In this document: positions 39,401 to 50,226 of the stretch, one piece after another
Layout of the letters: each line of letters begins with the position of its first letter
Position numbering within the stretch: position 1 is the first letter of the stretch
Origin: Rhodosorus marinus CCMP1338
Taxonomy: Eukaryota; Plantae; Rhodophyta
Length of the DNA stretch: 64,000 nt
Assembly: GCA_029953675.1 (NCBI GenBank)
Contig: JAMWBK010000003.1
Coordinates: 1,116,001-1,180,000 of the forward strand
Reading direction: 5' to 3'
Position numbers and translations under genes: made by a program
Notes under the pieces: generated by a model
The model's database searches: none
What the model was told of the DNA's origin: nothing
The model's input: the letters and a program-made list of their open reading frames with translations, nothing else

Positions 39401-40888
39401 TAATATCACGTCGACCTCTGGATATCAAACTTGTCAGGTACTTTGGTGTATGAAATTCTGCAATTACACGAGCTCGGGACTTCGGACCTCTGACGTCCTT
39501 CTCGAATAGTGCAGATATGCTCTTCAGGTACTCCTCCAGTTTCTCCCTGAGGTAGATCAGGTAGAGATGGCCAGGAAGCAGCACCTCTTGGTTCATGAGA
39601 GCATCGGGGTTGTCCTCCATGACCTCTCCACGCACGAGGGCCAGAAGCTTTTTTATCATCAGAACCAGCATATCCACCTTCGCAGCATCGAGTGTCGATG
39701 ATTCATCCTCATCGTGGTACGTACTCAGATGCACCAAGACGTACTGCCGTAACAGCTGCTTACCGGCTTCAGCGTTGTTGAGATGGGGTGGGCTCTGTAG
39801 CGGGGCTCGGAAGCGGGAACCTAGGAGAGTCAAGATTTGATGCCGATTTCCGCGGTGAAGGTCCGCCGCGTCCTTAATCATGGCAATAGCTCGTTCACGA
39901 ACGTACTGATCTTCCGCATTGTGCCCAACTATTCTGTCGAAAACATCGCTGTCCGTCGCTTCCCGGTGGAGCAGCGCTCTGATTACAGTCACAACAGGAA
40001 TGAAATACTCTTCTCGCCGAATCGTTATCCTCAGCATGACGCCGCCGGATGTTAAATAATGCAAATGGTTTGTTTTGGAAGACTGATCAGGTCTGCAGCA
40101 TCTCATAGACACTGCAGCATCGGAGTAGAGAACCCCGCGATTTCTATTGTTCGACCTGTGCAGCCCGATGACATGATGTCTTCTATTTACAATCACCATA
40201 CGAACGACCTTGGAGACGGAGAGCCGGTATGCTCACTCTCAGTAAGATCGCATAGTTCTGGGTGAGACTTGCAACTACAATCCATACCTTTTCCACGCCG
40301 TTGATAACAAAATACCCTCCGAGCTCGTATTCTTCTTCATTCTTTCGTACCAACTCTGCGGGTGTCAAACCTTCGAGATTACATTTGGAGCTTCTAACCA
40401 TGACCGGAATATCGCCCAACCTGCGAGTCAGTCTCTCCAGGATTTCGTCATTATCCGTTCGTCGAAAGACTAGTGTCCCGAACAGACCTCCCTTGTAACA
40501 GTCAGCACGGGATGAAGAGCACATTTAGAATATGAAGTAGCGCAGTGACTGCTCCAAATCTTTGCAACACTACCTTGTACGTTGCGTGCTGCTCTCGAGC
40601 ATGTCTGGGAAGCACCTTTGCAGTTCCTTCTGAACTTCCGGAAGCGGTTCTATGTCCTTGATCGGGTTTCAACACGTTCATATCTTCCAGGCTTATACTT
40701 ACAGCTGCAAGAGACGATTCATCCGGGGGCTGAAGAATAACGGGTTCAATCTCCCTTCTCATCAACCTCAGCCCTTGCCCCATGGCATAGTCGAAAGAAC
40801 CCACATGAGGCTGGATCAAATTCCTCAGCAGATCCAACCTCTCACTCTCTGCTCCGCTTAACGTGGAAGGCTGAACTTCGGAAACCAT
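36473..40888 (-). CDS. RPA2: DNA-directed RNA polymerase I second-largest subunit, multi-exon
   Basis: [28 protein letters not shown]...[33 protein letters not shown]|[68 protein letters not shown] and [16 protein letters not shown]. The Pol I-specific variants are present. Confidence 0.96.
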
Positions 40889-41628
40889 TCTGCGCGTAAT
40901 TGTCTCCCTTAACAACCTCCTTGACGGTCTTCCGTCCCCAACTCCAGCACTCCGTCCCGCCGCGTCGGAGCTGCGCCAGCGCTCCTCCGATACGGATGAA
41001 ATAGTTAACTCAGAACGCAGGAACGGCAACGCTGAACCGTATCAGAATGGAGTGTGCCTAAGTTTTGGAGAATCTGAGCGAGCAAGAGCAAAGGAGTCGT
41101 GCAATAGTCAAGGTCTAGAACGATACCAATTTTACTATCCCAGTTGAGAGGGGCTGACCTCGTTCATCGCTAGAGTGGTTATCCGTTGAGGGACACTTGG
41201 ACTAGCCCTCGGACTGATTAATTCCGAATTTTCGTTTTTCAGCAGTACAGATGTACCGCCATCCAACGAACTGTTCATTCGGTAGTCGACCAACTTAGAG
41301 ACGTAACGGCATACCATTCCAACATCCTTGCCTGGTAAGACAGATGGGACTGACCACGGCGGTGATACGCGTTTTATTTTAACAAATACATGTATTAAAA
41401 AGGGATGGGACAAGTAAAGTGGGCAAGAAGTGGGACAGTTGCCGATAGAGAGCAACTCTCCCGCAACCGGACTGTCATTTGGGAGGGCTGCTCATTTTTT
41501 AGAAGAGTGCTCCTCGAGTGTCATGAAGTCCAGGGGGATGCGTTTAGCGTATTGGATTTTCGTTTTTAAGTAACGCTGGTTAGTAGTGAGTATTGGCATG
41601 TGCCTCGTGCGCCATCGGGTGACCCAGA

Positions 41629-43830
41629 ATGGTTGGATTTGTCTTCCTAGGAAACCTGATCGGGCTTCAACCTAGTCTGGCTTTGGCTATCGAACGAGGT
41701 GTAGTCGAACGCAAAGGGACTTATCAGAAAATTGATAAACGAACTCTTGAAGTCGAGCCGGTGGTGGATAAGACGCCAGTAGAGTGGCGACCAGTTGTTG
41801 ACGACACAGTGAGAGTCTACCAAAACGCAGAAAGTCGGCTCGGGTTGAAGCTTTTGGCGGTTCTTATCAGAGGATCGGTAGCCAAAGGTGTATCCAGCGG
41901 TTTGAGCGGGCCCTCTGATCTCGACTCTCTGGCCTACTTCGAAACAACGAAGCCTAAGAATTCAGAGGTTCTATTTCGAAACTGGATGTGTCAAGAGGGA
42001 CAGACCCTCGTCAACGCGATCGTACTCAAGTACGGGCTTGCGTCCAAGATTGGTAAGCCACCAGAGCGTACACTGGAAAAAAGCTTCTTCTATCCTGTGC
42101 TTAGTGCCAGTGTTTGTTTCGTCAATGCCCTGCCCGACAGAGATCTGTCCGTATTTTGTAATTGATCGGACTCAGATTCCAAACAAATTCACTGCCGCAA
42201 CCCAGAGCGTCGTCGCCTACGGACTTTGGGATGCTGATAAGAGCGCAAGGGTTCCAGAAGTCAAACTAGCGATCGACATTCGCGCTGACCTGAATCGATC
42301 TCTAGCTGATGGACCATCCAAGGAATCCACTCAGTGGTTTCTGAAGAAGGCACTCCGTGCTGGGATGGAATTGAGCTTCAGAGAAGTTCTCTATTTTTCT
42401 CGGGACTTGCTCCCCTGCTATGAGGCCTGTGCGAAGCTATCTCCGGAGATGGAACCCCTTTTTCTCGAAGCCCTGCAAATAGCCTGTGGAGCAGAGTCTG
42501 ATATCTCGGTCACCCTGTCAGTAATGCGCGAGATGGCTATGTGGGTAGAGACCCAGCACATGGATGTGCTGGCTCGGGACAGCGCGTCGGAACCCAAACA
42601 CCTTAGTGAAATATTGGTGGATCACAAGGATGAGCCTGACTCCAACTCGCCTGCAGATTTACGGAGCGCTTTTTGTTTGTTCTTTCGGGACCTCATTCCG
42701 AGCACAAACGAAGTTGATGAATCGTCGCTGCTGACAGACCAGTTGCCGCTTGTGGCTATTAGACCGATTCATCAAGTACGAGAGGCCAGCCTCCAAGAGG
42801 ACTGGCGAAAGAGCTTCGCGACAGAAAGTGAAGCTGTTGTGTATAGAGGTGTGTGAAACTGGAAAGAGTCAAAAGGTCTGGTAGACTTCTTTTCAGTGTA
42901 TAGAAGAGCTGAAGTTGTGCCTCGCCAAAACCTGCTTCTGCGGCAGGTGGTGCAAAGTCATGGCCCGCCATTCGTAAGTGGACTCTGGGATACCTGGCTA
43001 GGCTTCTCGGAGATCAAATCGAGGTTTTGGTATCCCCTTCAAACGTGTTCGTATATTGCCGAGAGTCCCACCCATGGATAACCTCGGGTGCGCATTTCGA
43101 TAGAACCAAAGGAATCGCTCGATACGAGCCTGAATTATTCTGGCTGAAAGTGATTCACTACTGCAGGCACTTTTACTCCGACTAGTCGACGGACTTTCTT
43201 GGCTCCCGATGAGGTCCTAGAGCGGATGCGAGGGGAAGCAACAAAAAGGCCGCTTTTTTTTCACCCAGGAGAGGAAAGACTTTACGTCCAGTCCAGAATT
43301 CCACCAGCTCTTCTCGATAAAGACGCCGAGCGATTGCAGAATGTCATCGGTGCGTTTTGAGAACTAATTTTGCCCGTTTTCAACAGTTCAGCTGGATGAC
43401 CTTCCCGTTGCGCTATATTTTCCCGGCCGGTCCAGGGTTCGGGGCTCAAGCTGAGAGAGTTTGGATGTCCACCGCCGGAAGTGTTTCCGCACTGCACTAC
43501 GATGACGCAGACTCCTTCCTTGTACAGATTAGAGGGACGAAGAGGGTTATTTTTGTCAAGCCGGATGACCTCGATAAGCTTGCGTGCTTCCCAGTGGGAC
43601 ACCCACTGGGAAGACGAAGTAGAATCGATATCACAGAGGGCGACACTTTCGGAGGAAACTCTTCAGCGAGGCATGCGTCATTCTGGCGGGAAGCGGATAG
43701 TCGATGTCTTTCCGTCTTGCTTCATCCCGGAGATATTTTATTCTTTCCAGCGCGATGGGCACATTACATTGAAAGCGTAACAGCGTCAGTTTCTCTCACA
43801 TACCGTGTCCTGCGCGGGCACGGGAGATGA
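41629..43830 (+). CDS. Putative fusion of a Pol-beta-superfamily nucleotidyltransferase and a JmjC/cupin 2OG-Fe(II) oxygenase
   Basis: N-part LIRGSVAKG...SDLDSL...SKI|EIC and WFLKKALRA...SRDLLPCY; C-part ERLYVQSRIP...VWMS..GSVSALHYDDADSFLVQIRGTKR...PGDILFFPARWAHYIES. The parts are linked by GT-AG sites with no promoter-like gap. Each domain is well supported; the fusion is inferred. Confidence 0.65.
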
Positions 43831-43963
43831 CATACTAGCAGGGAGTAGTCAGCACTTGCTGGGTCAAGAAGTTCGCAACTTTTTTGCATTGTTGTCAGAA
43901 AAACTCTTAGTATTTGATTGTTCCCATCGACGTCTGCCGCGAATGGCCGACTGCTTCAAAGCG

Positions 43964-45441
43964 TTAACGCTGTTTTGCGAGCTTTGAATTCTCTGCTGCC
44001 AGGGCTTTCGCTCGAACGAGCAGCTTGTGTTTTGCTCGTCGCACTATGCGCTTAGTTCTTATGTGGTCCAATTTCGACCTGTACTTCTGCAAGTCCTCCT
44101 CTTTCAAAAGATGGTAGAAGATCTTCATTGTATAAAATGCATCGTTTCCTGCGTTGTGCAGGTTGTTATATTCAATGTCCATTGCAGAGAGTAAATTTTC
44201 GACACTTGTGCTCTCCCTCATCTGCAGCAACTGCCGGCTTAGTCCCTGCAGACACGAGAAAGCGAACACGCCCGACCGGTCAGCATCATTCCACCAACAG
44301 AGAGGTACTAGTACAATAGATCCTACTTCGGTATCGAGAACTTTGCTCAAGTCGTCGAAAGTGAAGCCGCTGTTCTTAAGAAAGTCCACGTCACTCTTGA
44401 AATTATGTCCAAGGACAAACCCTGCCCTGGACACTAGATCCGACAGCTGGCTGAAAATGGTGGCCTGGCCCGCAATCTCCGACATGCCAAAGTTGAAGTG
44501 GTCTCTACGATCAGGGACATACCTTCCAAGGAAAACGAAAAAAAAGGCGCTGAGCTCTTTGATGGGGTTGCCCCGAGCAAGCCTTGTCATCCACGTTGAT
44601 ATTGAAGTCTCACCTTCCATTTCTGCGAAACGCGTTTTCTCGGACAACGAAATGCTTGCAGCTCAATATATTGAGCTCGGGCACTGCCAAATCCCCCTTC
44701 AGCTCAAACAGCACCGCTCCGATTTCCAGCATTTTGGATTGATCTCGTTCCCAGGCCTCGACATCTATGGAGAGCAGCTTCGAGCCCTGGGCACGCCAGC
44801 GTTTGCATACATAATTAGTACAACGAGCGGGGGGACGATAAAGCCAAAAACAAGGAGTATGACCCCCGGCCAAACACGGTCCTCACCCCTTCAAGCTTGC
44901 TTCTGAGATTCGCCATTAACGCGGTTTGTCGTTTTGTCGCCTCCTCTGCCCTTTCCTGAGATTTCAGTTTATCTCTAACCTTCTTGTTGTGCTTGCTCAC
45001 ATCCCGGAGAAGCTGCGTAATATCCTTCACATCCTCGTACTCCGCTCTAGTAAGCTCATGCCAGTCTTCCTCCGCCGCCGACTGAATCGTGGCTACCTCA
45101 CCAGCAGCAAAGGCCTCTGCTGTTTCCTTCATGGAGGCAAAAGCAGTGCTATTGACAAATAGGTCCTTAAATACCAAGCCATTGAGGGTGACGGGTTCCG
45201 GACGAGAGCCAATGAATAGTTCGGCTCCGCAACATCTTAGAACTGCCTCTTTCAGCGCAATGTCGAAGGACTCTCGTTTCTCTTTTGGTTGACCTCTCCC
45301 CCATGTCCTATGGACATGGGGGAGAGGGAAGTGCCCTTCCTCCATCCTCCGTAGGAATGGAAACTTGGCTAAAACAGTTTGTCTCAACCCGTAGAACCTG
45401 CTGGCAATTGCCGAATCAACAATCGACGGACTAAAAGACAT
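43964..45441 (-). CDS. DEDDh 3'-5' exonuclease, Gfd2/YDR514C/QIP-like (start approximate)
   Basis: ExoI SIDVEAWERDQSKMLEIG, HFVVREN..RNGR|YVPDRRDHFNFG, ExoII GHNFKSDVDFL and ExoIII LHNAGNDAFYT. Confidence 0.8.
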
Positions 45442-46331
45442 CCCCGCAAAAAGCTACTAGATGCCCAGCAACCATCATCGATGCACCTTTCAAGTCATCA
45501 TTCCCTCATCGTCAGCATTCCTTCCACAGCGTCGAGTTTCAAACCCACAAAAATCCCGGGCGCATATACTCTCAACGTCCTGAAGCCACACAACGTCATC
45601 TATCAAGGCCAAATGATGTAGGACTTAAACAGACATTACCAGTTACATTCGTGGTAGAGGCTCACGACATCAGGGGAATGAAGCAAGTAAACCATAAGCT
45701 TATCAAGAGGTTCCGTAAAAAAGAAAGCAGAGCTGATCTAGGTTCGGTTGGGAGATATTGGACAACAAGGGTTCTTTCAGTTTCCGTCTCACTAGGGTTT
45801 TAAGTCTTTACCACATGTTGTATTCTCGCCGGGGGCTCCGATTTCACTCGACTTAGGTAGGTGGTCAGAACTCAAGAGTGAGTTGGATTTTTGCTTGTTG
45901 GTAGAGTTCTTGGTGAGCTATGTAAGTCGTTGGTTCTATTTCGGTTTGCGCCTGGCAGTCTTGTCCCTTGTGGGGTTTTTGCCCCTCCCCCTCTTTTGCG
46001 GGATTTTTCTCTGATCTTTTTGGCAACTTGGGTTTTGCTTGGCGTTCGGTGTTCGTAAATTTGCTCTTATTCTGCAGTTTGGCACAATAGTGGTTCCTTG
46101 TTGCGTTGCCCCACAATCCCCAGTTGTTTGCTTTGGTGGTACAATGCTGCAGTGTTTCTTGAAGCCCGAGCATCGCAGGTTACTGGCTACCGGTACTCTC
46201 CACACTTGATAGCTACCAGCCCCACGATGGGCTCGTAGGGAATGTAGGAAAACTTGCTCGAGTGTAGATTGGTTCCCTGACTAGACCTTCTTAATGTAGC
46301 TCAGACTAGACCTCAGACTAGACCTTCTTAA

Positions 46332-46454
46332 TAGGGTTGTGCCAAGTGGGTCGGGTTTTTCTCTGTTTACCCCTCTAAACCCCCCTGTTTTCACGGGTTT
46401 AACCAGGTCTGGGTCATGAAGAGCGAAGAACACGACCCACTTGGCACAACCCTA
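46332..46454. mobile_element. 123-bp MITE, hAT-like termini
   Basis: 22-bp perfect TIR TAGGGTTGTGCCAAGTGGGTCG (30 bp with 2 mismatches), flanked on both sides by TTCTTAA. No coding capacity. Confidence 0.85.
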
Positions 46455-47168
46455 TTCTTAATGCAAACATCGATTTAAGAAAACAAAATCGATATGTTAA
46501 ACATCGATTTAATCGTTTTCAAAACTCAATTAATTTGGCTCTTCTTTCAATTTTTCACGAATACAAAATCTTCGTCGTATCCAATCAATTAACCAATTAA
46601 CATCATTCAATACCAATCAAATCTTAAAATATTAATCTTTCGAAATATTTTATGACAATCATCCTATTTATTCATTTTTTCACTACGAACCATTCTCGAA
46701 CCTGACTAGCCCAAAACTCTTTTCCGCGCTAGGCAGCAAAATGAAATTCTTGTTCGGGACTTTTACCCCCTTCCTAAAGAATCGTTTTTGCCATGAATGC
46801 TGGCTATATTCATAAACAAATATTTCTTGATAGCCAAATATCTCATCGGAATAAACAGAGAAAAACCTACCCCTTCCGTGTTTTATAGATATTGTAGAAG
46901 TGGTTGTACACGTACGAAGTACAAAGGGTGGCAATAATTTACGTAATCACGATATATTGGGTTTCTGAGTGTACTAAATAGTTTGTGCCTAGAGTCGAGC
47001 TTTTTGGGGCGACTGTCTCCTTGGGCTTGACAGTAGTCTAGATTACTTTCTCTATTCGATCATAGCGTGGCTATTAGAGAGGTGCTGGAGCGAAGGATTA
47101 GGGAAGCTGCTGGAGGTGTTAGGGTGGATTAGGAGTTGATACGATTTGGATAAATAAAATTGAACAAG

Positions 47169-47554
47169 ATGGAGGTGGCTCAAAGTGCGATGAATCTTCC
47201 GCTCGCGAGCTTCTTTGCGGATTCTCTGAGGTTGTTGCGAAGGTGTACGAAACCCGATAGAAGCGGTGAGGGGTTGAGCGTTTCCCTTGCGTTCATGGGT
47301 TGTATTTGCGTCTCCTTATTGGTCGCAGATTGGGATTAGGAATGTTAGAGAGTCTTGTTGATGTTGTTGTAGTACTGACCAAGCTACGTTTTCCTCTCTT
47401 TTGCTTTTTTGTTTGGGTGCTCGTCAAACTAGAATACCTGAAGATCGCCGGTGCTACAGCAGTGGGCTTTGCCATCATGGGCGGTATTGGATTCGCGGTT
47501 AGACTCGTACATATTCCAATCAACAATCTTCTTATAGGTACGCTACAGCCTTGA
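47169..47554 (+). CDS. SSS1: Protein translocon subunit Sec61 gamma, 2 exons
   Basis: Intron 47266-47432 joins ...[15 protein letters not shown]|[36 protein letters not shown]. Confidence 0.95.
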
Positions 47555-47941
47555 TCCCGAAAACGGATCTTTTTCTGAAATCTAAGAGATGCGCGGTTCA
47601 ACTTTGAATAGGATAACACCAACGCGAGCTCAGGAAATTCTTTTCTAGATGATGCGCAGTGGATTCTCTTTGAGCCTGTGTTATTGCCAACGTGGACAAG
47701 TGGAGCGTGGGCCTCTGGTCAGAAGTCCTCAAACATGTTTCTTGGGCGAACAAAGCCCATATCTTTTTTCTAAGAAATCATATAAAAGTGAGCGCTATCA
47801 GAATAGTTACGTTCTTTTCATCTCAGCCGCTCGGAATACATCAAAGTTAGTGCTGTTAGTCGAATCGAGCACAAGCAAAAGGCGGACTCCACAGCTACCC
47901 AGCTACATCAAGAGGGTTCAGTTTCAGCTCCGCTAACATTT

Positions 47942-49431
47942 TCAGGAGTTTCTAATGATCGGTGAGACGATCATTTGCGAGCCCATTTCCAATAATCGCG
48001 GAAGCAACCTTCGGTGCTCCGGAATAGTCTTGTCCGTTGGCACGTAATCAAGTCGAACCTGGCCTCTCAAGGACTGTACCTCGCCACTGTATCTCATGAA
48101 ATGCTTCCTCGTGCTCGACGTCGCATGGATCACAAAATACTTGACGCCATAGCTGGCAAGGGCGCGGACTAGGACATCATGCAGGTATCTGAACAAGCCG
48201 TTCTTTCTCCGAGCCTTATGGGTTGCAGCGAATATCAGCTCCGCCGCCGTGTTATCCCCGAGAAGCCGAAAAGTACACAAGCACAAAACCTCATCATCAA
48301 GACGTAGAACTAGAGTGCGATGCATAGAATTATCCCAGTGCCGATGTTTGGCGCTTCTCAAGCTGGCGTTTATATATTCCACGTCCATCCCGTTGCGCCC
48401 ATCCACTGCTGCGAAGCATGTGTTTAGCATCTTCTGCGCTTTCTCCCACAGCTCGCCTCGTGTGGTACTCCCGATGAGTTCCAATTCGTACGCCTAGTTA
48501 CAAAACAATAAAAGAAACACTGTGAGGCTGAAGCTGCCATGTTTGCCCTCGATGGAGTGCAATATTAGAGTAACGCCAGGATATTCAAGCAGTTGATGTC
48601 AGTGCCTACCTCGTCACTGAAATCTGGAAACACCGTGGGCAATCTCTTGCTCTCGTCACACAACACTTCACGGAAGTGTAAGTCAAACTGATCAACATTA
48701 CTTAGGCAACTCTCAGAGCAGTGCCATTGGTCGTCGCTGGGCCGGGGAGGCTTCATTGAGTCAGGCATGCAATACGTGTGAAACCCACGGTTGCAGCTAT
48801 CGCAGAGGAATAGTTTCCCTGGATCATCCCCTTTGAGACATGTCTCACAAATGGCGAGGCATTCTTCCATCTCACGGAGTACCGCTTCTTGCTGTATACA
48901 ATGCTCACAATACCACTGCAGCGCGAGGTTGGTCACGTTGTTGCAAACTACATGCTCCCATACATGACAAGATTCGCACTCTACCATCTGTCGTCCATCA
49001 TCGTGATCAACTCCACAGACGCTGCAGAGGACCTTCTCCAACCCAGACCATCGTCTTCTCTTTTTACAATTCACAGCGTGTTTCCTAAGCACCGGCACCG
49101 ATGTATACACGCGACCACAATTCGAGCACGAGTAGTTCTTCCTCAAGGGAGTGCTGCGCTCGTTCGGTTCACTTGCAAGTCCAGGATAGTCTTTCGACTT
49201 TGGGCGCCTCTTTCTCGATTCCCGTTCTCGCCGCTTTGCCCTCTCGTGCTTTACCTTAACCCGACTAGGTTTTACTACCTCAGCAATACTTTCCTCATCC
49301 TCATCCAGGTTTTTCAACCATGCCAGCGCCAAAGCAAAACGCCTTTGACTCGCTGTCCTCTTACCACGAATACCATCCTTCTGACATCCTTCCAATCCTA
49401 CCCCAGGCCTTCGCAGCACCTTACCCGTCAT
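47942..49431 (-). CDS. Zinc finger + tandem PHD + GNAT acetyltransferase protein (IDM1-like architecture)
   Basis: CSNCGRVY..LRKHAVNC; PHD1 CSVC...MVECESCHVWEHVVC...WYCEHC; PHD2 CETC...LFLCDSCNRGFHTYC...WHCSESC; second exon AELIFAATHKARRKNGLFRYL...LASYGVKYFVIHA. Confidence 0.8.
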
Positions 49432-50226
49432 CGCACCAAACACATGAACGAAAACCTTAACTCCTACGCATCCTCAGCATGTCTACCTCCAACCTCTATT
49501 TCACCATTAATCACCTTCAAACATCTTAAATACTCTTATTTTCCCCGCACCTCACCACCACCAGAAGTTTTGCTTCACTAATTCAACCGCATAGTACCCC
49601 AGCCCCATCACTCCAACAACCCTACCATCACGTCTTACATCATCGAACAGAAACGTGCAGCATACTTATCATAGGGGTAAATTTTCCCGAAAAATTTCAG
49701 ATTTTTGTATTAAATAGATATATTTCGCCTTCTGAAGGCGTATTGACTAGTTTTATAGGGGGTATCACCTCCCATTCCAATTTTTGGTCTTAGGATTTGC
49801 TCAGATGGGTCTTCTGCTTAACATATTCTAGCAACACCCCTGGTAGAACGTTGCAGTTTCATTTCGTCTAATTATAGTTTTCAAAAACAAATGCCAACCA
49901 AAGGAAAGTGGATAGAAATCTAGGACTATTAACCCTGGGGGGGTACAGGTTGGCTGGAATTCTTGTGTTCGATTTGTTTTCAATAAAACAATAAGAATTG
50001 TTCCAAACGACCTCACTGGCCTCTCCCTTTTTTTATTGTTAAAAGCAAATTCTTGTCCCATCTCTTTTCCTGGCCAAGAGCAAATTTCTTTTATTAGCGA
50101 ACTGAATGTGTCAGAGGCCATATAGACATTCCATATTATCATTGTGGAGGTTTTGATTTTTGGTGCTTATGTACTCATCTCATCATCGCGTCTACCTAAA
50201 CTGTTATGTAGGGAGGCCGGTGGCGA

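Noticed and set aside
44154-44906. 250-aa plus-strand ORF (also 48889-49581 and 60793-61338 on opposite strands)
   Set aside because: Antisense to well-supported genes and carrying no motifs.
41629-45441. Prokaryotic-type toxin-antitoxin or defence island (NTase plus nuclease)
   Set aside because: Both genes have spliceosomal introns and host-like composition, and they are convergent rather than operonic. Kept only as separate findings.
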